64,000 nucleotides of DNA, taken from NCBI GenBank assembly GCA_016192455.1, contig JACPUC010000028.1, positions 1 through 64,000 of the forward strand, given 5' to 3'. Source of the stretch: Candidatus Tectimicrobiota bacterium. GTDB taxonomy: Bacteria; JACPUC01. The translations under genes and the position numbers were made by a program. Below, in pieces: positions 1 to 9,107 of the stretch (position 1 is its first letter; every line of letters starts with the position of its first letter). The notes beneath the pieces were generated by a model. The model made no database searches. It was not told the origin of the DNA and saw only the letters and a program-made list of their open reading frames with translations.

Positions 1-88
1 CTCCCTGGTTCATACCCAACGTCAGTCGAAATTCTCAGCGGTCTCCTCTGGTTCAGGTGGTTTCTCCTGCGTCGGGCTGGCTGCGGCG

Positions 89-1099
89 TTACTCCAGAGG
101 CGCGATGCCGGCAATGATGTTTTTTGCCGGGAAGGACTTGGTGATCATTCCCAGCCGAGCCGCCGCGTCGATGACCGGCTGCAGGTCGGTGAGGCGCAAC
201 GCGGTGGGGTGGAACGAGAGCACGGTTCGCCTCACCAGATCCTCCTTCATTCGCGTGTTGGCCGCGATGAGCGCCGGAACCTCCTCGGGATGGCTTTGGA
301 TGTACTTCAACGCCCCGGTCATGGCGCGGATGAAGGCCGCGGCCGTAGCGGTATTCTTGTCAATCCACGACTTCTTGCTGAACCAGCCGGAGATTTGCCA
401 GCTAGGGCCGATGGTGCCTCCCATGATGCCGCGCGCCAGGGCCTTGCCCTTCTTGTCCATGCCCAGCAGGGTGACGAACGGCTCCACTTGGCCGATGACG
501 TCGACGCGGTTCTCCAAGAGCGCCGGATTCATCTGCGGGAAGGGAATCTCGACAATCTGCAAGGCATTCAGAGGCACTCCCGCCTTCGCCAGCAAGGCGC
601 GCAAGCCGAGTTCCATGATGTTACCCATGTTATTGATCGCCACGCGCTTCCCAGCCAGGTCCTTTATGGAGGAGACCTTCGTATCATCCGCCCGCGCCAG
701 CCAGGCCGCGCCAACGTGCCCCGGTTCCAGCTCGAGGGGATGGCCAGGGGCGAAGAACTGCACGTCGAACCCCTTGTCGTGGGCCAGAATCACCGAGACC
801 ACGTTCGAATGGCCGACATCGAGCGAGCCCCCCTCCATGGCCGGAATCTGCACCGCGCCGCCGCTCATGACCTGCGCCGTTACCTCCAAGCCCTCCTGCT
901 TGAAGAAGCCACGATCCTTGGCAACGAAATACGGCAGGTGATCGGCAATCGGCAGATACGCCAAGCGTACTTTGTCGGCACGCGCCGTACCCGCCGACCC
1001 GGCCGTCGCCAGGTAGACGGCAAGGACGAACCAACCAGCCACTGCAAGCAGCTTTCTGCAGAGTTTCGAGAACCGGTAAAGTTGAGTTGAAGTCCGCAC
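89..1099 (-). CDS. ABC transporter substrate-binding protein (SsuA/NMT1-THI5-like)
   Basis: Signal peptide followed by KVRLAYLPIADHLPYFVAKDRGFFKQEGLEV and SIKDLAGKRVAIN; start moved to GTG at 1099, behind GGGGAGG. Confidence 0.85.
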   Translation of the reverse strand: MRTSTQLYRFSKLCRKLLAVAGWFVLAVYLATAGSAGTARADKVRLAYLPIADHLPYFVAKDRGFFKQEGLEVTAQVMSGGAVQIPAMEGGSLDVGHSNVVSVILAHDKGFDVQFFAPGHPLELEPGHVGAAWLARADDTKVSSIKDLAGKRVAINNMGNIMELGLRALLAKAGVPLNALQIVEIPFPQMNPALLENRVDVIGQVEPFVTLLGMDKKGKALARGIMGGTIGPSWQISGWFSKKSWIDKNTATAAAFIRAMTGALKYIQSHPEEVPALIAANTRMKEDLVRRTVLSFHPTALRLTDLQPVIDAAARLGMITKSFPAKNIIAGIAPLE

Positions 1100-1185
1100 C
1101 CTCTGCCCCTCCCCAAAAGGCTGTCCAAAGAGACATTGGAGTCGTTGTAGAGACATCCGCAGATTTCGCCGATGACGCAGATGCC

Positions 1186-1212
1186 GTGGGGCGGTTCGTG
1201 AACCGCCCCTAC
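1186..1212. repeat. GTAG-type REP-like palindrome, copy 1
   Basis: GTGGGGCGGTTCGTGAACCGCCCCTAC; near-identical to 14454-14481 and 61399-61426. Confidence 0.8.
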
Positions 1213-1556
1213 TTTTTCGTGACGGCCTCGGAGTAGGTCCAGAGCTCATGCGTTGAGCCGTCGAGGTAGACGCGGACGTGGGCTTTGCCCCAGGAGGAGC
1301 TCAGCAGGGAGACGGGGAGGCCGTCTTTCAGCATGAAGCAGGCGGCGGTGCTGCTGAGAAACTGAATGGCGCGGGAGTCCTTTTGAGTCTTGGCGCGCAC
1401 CGACTGGTCGAACGCCTGCTCCGAGAAGCAGGCGACGTTGGCGGCGGTGACGTACTCGGCGGCGGTGGCTGGAGTTGGCGCGTCGGACATGGCCAGCGCG
1501 ACGATGAGCGGCGTCAGGATGGCGGCGCCAACGATCAGCGCGGTCTTGGGTTTCAT
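1209..1556 (-). CDS. Hypothetical exported protein (115 aa, two Cys)
   Basis: N-terminal hydrophobic signal and GGAG RBS; the stop codon lies inside the REP copy. Confidence 0.65.
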   Translation of the reverse strand: MKPKTALIVGAAILTPLIVALAMSDAPTPATAAEYVTAANVACFSEQAFDQSVRAKTQKDSRAIQFLSSTAACFMLKDGLPVSLLSSSWGKAHVRVYLDGSTHELWTYSEAVTKK

Positions 1557-1726
1557 GGGGTGCTCCTGTCAGGGCTGGCGGGAGGTCGGCGGTCCGCCGA
1601 GGAGGCGTTGCGGCCGTCAGCCTGGTGTTCGAGCCAGGCGAGGATGCGGCTGGGGCGCCAGCTCATCTGAACGTCAGCACCGTCAGCGAGTAGGGCATAA
1701 ACGCGAGCGGCCCCCTGCCCTGACAT
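1553..1726 (-). CDS. Small hypothetical protein (57 aa)
   Basis: ATGA overlap with the downstream ORF; GAGG upstream of ATG 1726. Confidence 0.3.
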   Translation of the reverse strand: MSGQGAARVYALLADGADVQMSWRPSRILAWLEHQADGRNASSADRRPPASPDRSTP

Positions 1727-2172
1727 GGCGGCCTCAGCCTCTCTCGCGCCCCTTCCTCCCCTGCCTGTCGGCAGACAGGCGCCCACACGTCATCGGCACG
1801 CCGCGACTCCTGGAACTCGCGCCACGGAACGCTGCTCGCCGCCAAGCTTGGCGAGAGGCGCCTCGGCGCCGCTGCCGAGGGCGTACCGGCCACTCCACTG
1901 CTGGCCCATCACGCCACGGCATACCCTTTGGCAGCGGGACAAGGTTCCCTCCCCGCGCCCGCAGACTTCTCGCCGCACGAACCCAGCGACCATGCTCGGC
2001 ACGAAGAATCGACTAACTTGCGCCACGATACTACCCGTGAAGTTACGAAAAAAACATGACTTATGTCAAGGTTTCGAGCGCGAAAAGTTGCTGGCTTCAG
2101 CTCTAGCATCATCCTCGGCTGTTCTTCCGTCGCGGCGGTGGTAGCGGCGGATCAGGGTCGGAGCCCAGCGCA

Positions 2173-2201
2173 TTGCCATTTCCAGCCACGAGCGCTAGTA
2201 T
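2173..2201 (+). promoter_or_regulatory. Putative sigma70 promoter for the first ubiD-family gene
   Basis: TTGCCA-17 nt-TAGTAT. Confidence 0.5.
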
Positions 2202-2411
2202 GCCGCCATCTGCCTGGTCGCCGAGCATGCGGCGGCGGAATGGTGTTGCCACGGTGTCAACCGCGCCAGCGGCTCGTGCAGGAGGAGTTTGTGAGCCGCG
2301 GTACAAGGCAGTTCCCGTGAGGGTTTCTTCTCCGAAGTCCGTTTCCCTGGTGCACCTCACGAGCGGAGTGACATCGCACCCCCTAAAGATGCTGGCGTCT
2401 GGAGGTCCTTC

Positions 2412-3812
2412 ATGGCCTATGCCGACCTGCGGGAGTTTCTCGCTCGCCTGGAACAACTCAACGAGCTGACGCGGGTGAGCGTCGAGGTAGACCCCCGCTT
2501 CGAAGTCGGCGCCGTGGCGCGCCGCGCCCTCGACCTCGGCAGTCCGGCGCTCCTGTTCGAGCGTCCGAAGGGCTACCGCACCCCCCTGGTGGTAAACATG
2601 CTGGCCACGCGCCGACGGGTTGCCGTGGCCTTAGAGTGCCGCGAAGATGAGCTGCCGCAGGTGTGGGTGCGGCGCACCGCCACGCCCTTGCCGCCTGAAC
2701 TGGTACGCGACGGGCCCTGCAAGGAACACATCCTGCTCGGCGACGAGGTGGATATCTTCCGCTTCCCGATGCCGGTGTGGAATGAATTCGACGGCGGGCC
2801 CTTCATCAGCCTGCCCTGCCACATCAGCCGGGGGGAGCGGAGTCAGCGCCGCAACGCCGCGGTCTACCGCGCCCAGGTCCACGACCGGCAAACGTTGGGG
2901 CTTCTCGCCGCCCCCTACCGGCACATCCTCCACCAGCGCAATGAGGCCAAGGATCCGAGCCAGCCATTCCCGGTGGCCGTCTGTCTCGGTGTCGATCCCG
3001 TCATCACCCTGGCTGCCCTCGGCGGCTTCGAGCCGGGGGTGGACGAGCTGGCCATGGCCGGTGCTCTCCGCGGCGCCCCTCTCGACCTCGTCCCCTGCGA
3101 GACCATCCCCCTCGAGGTCCCCGCCACGGCGGAAATTGTCCTGGAGGGCGAGATACCGCCGGGCGAGCTGCGCGACGAAGGACCGTTCGGCGATGTGACC
3201 GGCTACTACGGGGTGGTGGCGCCGCGTCCAATCATCAGGATCAAGGCGATCACCCATCGCGGCGGCGCCATCCATGCCGGCAGCTACGACGGCCGGCCGC
3301 CGCAGGAGAATGCCGTCCTGCAGGGGCTGCAGACCGAGGTGGAACTCTTCCGCACCGTCAGCCTGCCAGGTCTGAAGAAGATCAACGTCAAACCCGGCGG
3401 CTCGGGCATGTTCACCGCGGTCGCCGCCATCGAGAAGAAATTCGAGGGCTATGGCAAGATGATGGCCCTGGCGATTCTCGGCTGCTGGGTGGGGCGCACC
3501 ATCAAGACCCTGGTGATCGTCGACGAGGACATCGATCCCTTCAACGAGGTGGAGGTCGACTGGGCGATCGCCACCCGCGTGCAGGCGCGCCGCGACGTCG
3601 ACATCATCGACAACCTCACCGGCATGCAGCTCGATCCCAGCCTCGACGAGCTGGAGCGCTCGGGGCCCTCCCGCACCTCGAAGCTCATCATCGACGCCAC
3701 GCGCTACAACGCCCACACGTTCGAACGGCCCGTCGAGCCGCCCCGCGAGGTGATGCAGCGGGTGCTGGCGCGGTGGGAAGCGTACGGCATTCCCGAGGCC
3801 GGCGTTCGTTGA
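2412..3812 (+). CDS. UbiD-family prFMN-dependent (de)carboxylase, paralog 1
   Basis: YADLREFLARLE start; EIVLEG, EGPFGDVTGYY, VDEDID...WAIATR and IIDAT motifs. Confidence 0.92.
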   Translation: MAYADLREFLARLEQLNELTRVSVEVDPRFEVGAVARRALDLGSPALLFERPKGYRTPLVVNMLATRRRVAVALECREDELPQVWVRRTATPLPPELVRDGPCKEHILLGDEVDIFRFPMPVWNEFDGGPFISLPCHISRGERSQRRNAAVYRAQVHDRQTLGLLAAPYRHILHQRNEAKDPSQPFPVAVCLGVDPVITLAALGGFEPGVDELAMAGALRGAPLDLVPCETIPLEVPATAEIVLEGEIPPGELRDEGPFGDVTGYYGVVAPRPIIRIKAITHRGGAIHAGSYDGRPPQENAVLQGLQTEVELFRTVSLPGLKKINVKPGGSGMFTAVAAIEKKFEGYGKMMALAILGCWVGRTIKTLVIVDEDIDPFNEVEVDWAIATRVQARRDVDIIDNLTGMQLDPSLDELERSGPSRTSKLIIDATRYNAHTFERPVEPPREVMQRVLARWEAYGIPEAGVR

Positions 3813-3927
3813 GTCCTCGCGCTTCGGCGCGCCGCGCCAGGGCGCAGCTCAGCCTCGGCGAACCGAGGGGCGGTGAAGCGAGCGGCCGGCGCGGCGACAG
3901 CCGCCAATCTCTTCCAGGGGGCACGCC

Positions 3928-6240
3928 ATGCAAAACGGGGCGCTCATCGGCGCGCGCGTCCTTCGCAAGGAAGACCCTCGCCTGCTGCGCGGCGAAGGGT
4001 GTTACGTCGCCGACCTGCGCTTCGAGAACGCCCTGCACGCCGCCATGGTGCGCTCGCAGCACGCCCATGCCCGCCTCACGCGCCTCGACGCCGCGCCGGC
4101 GGCGCGCCTGCCGGGGGTAACAGCGGTCGTCACTGCCGCGGACCTTGGCGCGGTTTCCAAACCGTTGCCGCAATCGCGCCCCCATGCCGCCTTGCGCTCC
4201 CGCACCTACCATCCCCTGGCGCGTCAGAAGGTGAAGTATGTCGGCGAGGTGATCGCCGTGGTGCTGGCGGCCTCGCGCTACACGGCGGAAGATGCCGCCG
4301 AAGCGGTGCTGGTCGACTACGAGCCCCTGCCGGCGATCACCTCGGCCGAACAGTCCATCCGCGCCGACGCCGCAGTCATCCATGACGACTACGGCGATAC
4401 CGACAACATCGCGGCCCACCTCACCGACGGCTACGGGGACGTCGCCGCCGCCCTGGCCCAGGCCGACCTGGTGTTCAAGGATCGCCTGCGGCTGGAACGC
4501 AGCGGCGGCCAGGCCATCGAGACGCGCGGCGTTGCGGCGTGCTACGACGAGGCGAGCGCCGCGCTCACCGTCTGGTCGGCCACGCAACAGCCGCATTTCC
4601 TGCGCGGCATTGTGAGCACCATGCTCGAGATGCCGGAATCTTCCATCCGCGTCGTGGCGCCTGACGTCGGGGGTGCGTTCGGCGCCAAGGCCACCGGCTA
4701 CGTCGAGGAGGTGCTCGCCGCCTTCCTATCGCGCCGCTTTCAGCGTCCGGTGATCTGGATCGAGGACCGGCGTGAGTCGCTGACCTGTTGCCACCAAGAA
4801 CATGAGCAGGTGCATGACTTCGAGGTGGGAGCCAGGCGCGACGGCAGGATCGTGGCGCTGCGCAATCGCCTCCTCACCGATACCGGCGCGTACGCCCCGA
4901 AGGGCCTGGTGGTGCCGGTGAACACCGCCAGCGCCACGCCGGGGCCGTACCGCGTCCCGAATTACGCGGTGGACCTGACGGTGACGTACAGCAACCGCGT
5001 GCCCGTTGCGCCGGTGCGGGGCGCCGGGCGACCGCAGGCCGCCGCCGTCATGGAGACTATCATCAATCGCGTGGCCCGCGAGCTGCGCCTGGACCCCATG
5101 GAGGTGCGCCGCATCAATCTCCTGCAGCCGCGCGACTTCCCGTACGAGTGCGGCCTGCGCGTCGAGAGCGGCAATCTCCTGCGCTACGACAGCGGCAACT
5201 ACCCCGGCCTGTTGGAGAAGATTCTCCGCGAGATTGGCTACGAGGAATTCCGCCGCGAGCAGGCGCGTGATCGTGAGCGGGGCGTCTACCGGGGCATCGG
5301 CGTCTCCCTCAGTCTGGAAGCGACCGGCATGGGGCCGTTCGAAGGGGCGCGGATTCGCCTCGATCGCCGCGGCGCGGCAACGGTGTACACCGGCGCCGCG
5401 GCGCAGGGGCAGGGTTCCGCGACGACCATCGCGCAGGTCACGGCGGCCTACCTGGGACTCCCCATGGACGAGATCACCGTCATTGCCGGCGACACCTCGA
5501 TGATCAGCAGGGGCTGCGGGGCATACGCCAGCCGCATCGCCGCGGTCGCGGCCTCGGCCGCCAAGCTGGCCAGCGAAAAGCTCCTGGAGCGTCTCGCCGG
5601 ACTCGCCGCCGAGAAGCTCGAAGCGAGTCCGAAGGATATCGAGTTGCGCGACGGCCACTTCCGGGTTCGCGGCATGGCGCGCCCGGGCGTCAGCCTGCGC
5701 GAGCTCGTGCTGGAACATGGGGACATGGACGAGACGGCGTACTTCGAGACGCAAGATCAGGCGTGGTCAGGCGGCGCGCAGGCGGCCATCGTGGAGGTCG
5801 ATACGCTGACCGGCACGGTGCGGCTGGTGCGCCATGCCGTGGTGCATGATTGCGGCGTCGTGCTCAACCCAATGATCGTCGAGGGCCAAGTGCTCGGCGG
5901 CATCGCCCACGGCATCGGCGAGACCCTCTTCGAGCGCACCATTTATGACGAGCGGGGGCAATACCTCTCGGCGAGCTTCATGGACTATCTGATGCCGACG
6001 GCGAACGATATCCCGCCCGTGTCGGTGGCGCATCAGGAAACCCCCTCGCCGAACAATCCCCTCGGCGTCAAGGGGGCCGGCGAGGGCGGCACCATCGGCG
6101 TCTGCGGCGCCGTGCTCGGGGCGATCGAGGATGCCCTGGGCCCCTTTGGCGTCACCCTTCGCGCCACGCCGGTCACCAGTGAAGCCCTGCTGAACGCCTT
6201 GCGCCAAGCCGCTGGGAGCAGACCCCAGGCTACGGCGTAA
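3928..6240 (+). CDS. Xanthine dehydrogenase/CoxL-family molybdopterin-binding large subunit (form II-like)
   Basis: RKEDPRLLRGEG, DVGGAFGAK, active-site loop PVRGAGRP, GVKGAGEGG; lacks the form I AYRCSFR loop. Confidence 0.9.
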   Translation: MQNGALIGARVLRKEDPRLLRGEGCYVADLRFENALHAAMVRSQHAHARLTRLDAAPAARLPGVTAVVTAADLGAVSKPLPQSRPHAALRSRTYHPLARQKVKYVGEVIAVVLAASRYTAEDAAEAVLVDYEPLPAITSAEQSIRADAAVIHDDYGDTDNIAAHLTDGYGDVAAALAQADLVFKDRLRLERSGGQAIETRGVAACYDEASAALTVWSATQQPHFLRGIVSTMLEMPESSIRVVAPDVGGAFGAKATGYVEEVLAAFLSRRFQRPVIWIEDRRESLTCCHQEHEQVHDFEVGARRDGRIVALRNRLLTDTGAYAPKGLVVPVNTASATPGPYRVPNYAVDLTVTYSNRVPVAPVRGAGRPQAAAVMETIINRVARELRLDPMEVRRINLLQPRDFPYECGLRVESGNLLRYDSGNYPGLLEKILREIGYEEFRREQARDRERGVYRGIGVSLSLEATGMGPFEGARIRLDRRGAATVYTGAAAQGQGSATTIAQVTAAYLGLPMDEITVIAGDTSMISRGCGAYASRIAAVAASAAKLASEKLLERLAGLAAEKLEASPKDIELRDGHFRVRGMARPGVSLRELVLEHGDMDETAYFETQDQAWSGGAQAAIVEVDTLTGTVRLVRHAVVHDCGVVLNPMIVEGQVLGGIAHGIGETLFERTIYDERGQYLSASFMDYLMPTANDIPPVSVAHQETPSPNNPLGVKGAGEGGTIGVCGAVLGAIEDALGPFGVTLRATPVTSEALLNALRQAAGSRPQATA

Positions 6241-6734
6241 GGTCGCGGCAGGGCATCTCGGCCATGGGGCACAAGGGTCGGCTTCCGTCGGAGCGCAGAG
6301 ATCGCAGCTCGCGCAACGAGTGGAGGTGACGCGGCACACGGCACACCACTCCCTGATCAAGTGGACCCTGAATCGGCGGCACGAGGCAAGAGGGAGGTAT
6401 CCATCTCTCCAATGGACTCGCGAGTTCAGCGACATCGGCCGCCGCGGGAGCGTCAGCCGGTGATCCGGTTCCGGCCAGGTGAGGCGGCGGAGATGGTTTA
6501 CCGCAAGGTGCGTCCGGCCTATCTCTCGGCAACCAAGCCAGGCGCACGCGCACCTTCAGGCTTGCCTGCCCTGATCCCAGCGCGGCGTCGCAACGATTGT
6601 TTTCGCACCGCCTTGCCCGAAAGGTGCTTCTTTTCCCAATCAGCAATCGCTCAGGTTACGTGCGTGCAACCCCGCGATTTGAATGAAGCGCCATTGTGGG
6701 CCATGGCGCGTAACCTTGTGGAGCATTGAGACGG

Positions 6735-8732
6735 ATGGAATCCAAGCCACCGCTCATACAACGCATCAAAACGCTGGTCATCGGCGGCGCTCGCAGCCCG
6801 CAGGATAAGACACTCTTCCGCAAGCTTTCGCTCATCGCCTTCTTGGCCTGGGTGGGGCTCGGCGCCGATGGGCTCTCGTCGTCGGCCTACGGCCCGGAAG
6901 AGGCCTTCCTTGCGTTGTCCACTCACACGTACTTGGGAATTTTCGTGGCGCTCGCTTCGGCGTTAACCATCTTCGTCATCAGCACGAGTTATTCGCAAAT
7001 CATCGAGCTGTTCCCGAGCGGCGGCGGCGGCTATCTCGTCGCCAGCAAATTGCTGTCGCCGACCGTGGGCATGATCTCGGGTTGCGCACTGATCATCGAT
7101 TACGTGCTGACCATCACGATCTCTATCGCCAGCGGCGCCGATGCGCTCTTCAGCTTTGTTCCCAGCGAATGGTATTCTTTCAAGCTTGAGGTGGCCATCG
7201 CCGGTGTCGTTCTATTGACCATCTTGAACTTGCGCGGCATCAAAGAATCCGTGGTGCCCTTGACGCCGATTTTCTTGGCGTTCATCTTCACTCATGCGTT
7301 CGGCATTGCCTACGCGCTGGTGACGCACCTGACGAAGTTCCCTGCAGTGGTCGAAGCCACTCGGCAGGAGGTGCAACGCTCGCACCTTGAGATTGGCTAC
7401 GCCGGCCTCCTCTTCTTATTGCTGCGCGCCTATAGCGTCGGCGCCGGCACGTATACCGGCATCGAAGCCGTGAGCAATGGCTTGCCCATGTTGCGTGAGC
7501 CGAAGGTGCAGACCGCCAAGCGCACCATGACCTACATGGCGGCATCGTTGGCCATCACCGTCGTCGGCTTGATGTTTGCGTATGTGCTCTATCACGTGCA
7601 GTATCAGCCTGGAAAAACCTTGAACGCGGTGCTCTTCGAGCGCCTCAGCGAAGGTTGGTCGTCACAATGGAGCTCCACGTTTGTGCTGGTGACGCTCTTC
7701 TCCGAGGCGGCGCTGCTGTTCATCGCCGCGCAGGCCGGCTTTCTCGACGGGCCGCGCGTCCTTGCCAGCATGGCCCTCGACCGCTGGTTCCCCAGCCGCT
7801 TTGCCATGCTCAGCGATCGCTTCGTCACCCAAAACGGCATCTTGCTTATGGGTGGCGCCGCCATGATCATGTTGCTGCTGACGGGCGGTTCGGTGCATTT
7901 CCTGGTGGTGCTGTACAGCATCAACGTCTTCATCACCTTTGTGCTGTCGCAGCTCGGCATGGTGCGGCATTGGTGGAATGAGCGATCCGTCATCGGCCAA
8001 TGGCGGAAAAAACTGATCCTCAATGCAGTGGGCTTGGTGCTCACCACGTTTATTTTGATTTCGGTAACCACACTGAAGTTCCACGACGGCGGCTGGATCA
8101 CCCTGCTGGTCACTGGTCTCCTGATTCTCCTCGTGATCGTGATCAAACGCCACTACAATCAAACCTCTCGTTTGCTACGACGGCTGGATACGCTCGTAGC
8201 GACGGTGGATTCAGCAATCGCCAATGTTGCGGCCGACCGCGCGAGGAAGGCGAAGGAGCCTCCGCAACTTGATCCAGGTGAAAAAACCGCGGTGCTCTTT
8301 GTGAACGGATTCAATGGCTTGGGATTGCATACGTTGTTCAGCGTCATTCGCCTGTTCGGCACAACGTTCAAGAACTTTGTTTTTGTGCAGATCGGCTTGA
8401 TCGATGCCGGCAATTTCAAAGGTGTTGCGGAAATCGAGCGCTTGGAAAGCACGACGAAGAGCGCCATAGGTCGCTATGTCAATTACATGCTGCAAAAAGG
8501 GTACTATGCGGAGGGCTTTTCTTCAATCGGCACCGACGTGGTTGAGGAAGTGGATAAGCTGGTGCCGCAGATTCGAGATCGGTTTCCCCAAGTGGTCTTC
8601 TTTGGCGGGCAAATTGTTTTCCCAAAGGAATCACTGCTGTCGCGCTGGCTGCATAACTATACCGTCTTCAGCATGCAAAGAAAGTTGTACCATGAAGGCA
8701 TCCCGCTTGTCATCCTACCCATTCGTGTTTAG
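6735..8732 (+). CDS. APC-family permease, KimA/YdaO-like (probable K+ importer)
   Basis: GADGLSSSAYGPEE, FPSGGGGY, TGIEAVSNG; many TM segments plus a C-terminal soluble domain; alternative TTG start at 6726. Confidence 0.8.
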   Translation: MESKPPLIQRIKTLVIGGARSPQDKTLFRKLSLIAFLAWVGLGADGLSSSAYGPEEAFLALSTHTYLGIFVALASALTIFVISTSYSQIIELFPSGGGGYLVASKLLSPTVGMISGCALIIDYVLTITISIASGADALFSFVPSEWYSFKLEVAIAGVVLLTILNLRGIKESVVPLTPIFLAFIFTHAFGIAYALVTHLTKFPAVVEATRQEVQRSHLEIGYAGLLFLLLRAYSVGAGTYTGIEAVSNGLPMLREPKVQTAKRTMTYMAASLAITVVGLMFAYVLYHVQYQPGKTLNAVLFERLSEGWSSQWSSTFVLVTLFSEAALLFIAAQAGFLDGPRVLASMALDRWFPSRFAMLSDRFVTQNGILLMGGAAMIMLLLTGGSVHFLVVLYSINVFITFVLSQLGMVRHWWNERSVIGQWRKKLILNAVGLVLTTFILISVTTLKFHDGGWITLLVTGLLILLVIVIKRHYNQTSRLLRRLDTLVATVDSAIANVAADRARKAKEPPQLDPGEKTAVLFVNGFNGLGLHTLFSVIRLFGTTFKNFVFVQIGLIDAGNFKGVAEIERLESTTKSAIGRYVNYMLQKGYYAEGFSSIGTDVVEEVDKLVPQIRDRFPQVVFFGGQIVFPKESLLSRWLHNYTVFSMQRKLYHEGIPLVILPIRV

Positions 8733-8762
8733 GAGTGCAACGCATCCTTTTGCAGCGTCTTT

Positions 8763-8816
8763 AAGCAAGGAAGCGCTACGGTTGGGTTGGGGTTGGTTGA
8801 GGTACGCGACCGCAAC
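8763..8816. repeat. Dispersed intergenic repeat family B, copy 1
   Basis: AAGCAAGGAAGCGCTACGGTTGGGTTGGGGTT...CCGCAAC; the first 32 nt match 10879-10910 with 3 mismatches. Confidence 0.65.
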
Positions 8817-9107
8817 TCTTACGCGGGCGAAGCGCGAGGGCAGCGCGGCAGGACCGTCCTCGGCGACGACCGGCTGATGCCGCGCTCCGCGGCGCACCCG
8901 CGTCGGCGGCCGCCTGCGGCGACTACCTACGGCCCGTGTCGAAGAAGTCCACGGCGATGCGCCTGACGCAGGAAGAGGAGTGCAGCGGCACCATTTCTAC
9001 GTAGGCCTGGCGCGTTTCATCGTGATAGAGTGAACCGGCGGGAGGTGCAGCCCCGCCAGCTTTCTCTGGATCGCCGCCCTGCACTTTGGCTTTCGAGGGA
9101 GGTCACC

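Noticed and set aside
3928-6240. Aerobic CO dehydrogenase form I (coxL)
   Set aside because: The loop is PVRGAGR, not AYRCSFR, and there are no adjacent coxM, coxS or accessory genes
6241-6650. c-di-AMP (ydaO) or fluoride riboswitch upstream of the KimA-like gene
   Set aside because: Hallmark motifs (GGGGxxAAUC and CCCGUCAGCUAA; GAUG...UAAUG) are not recognisable; only generic GC-rich hairpins
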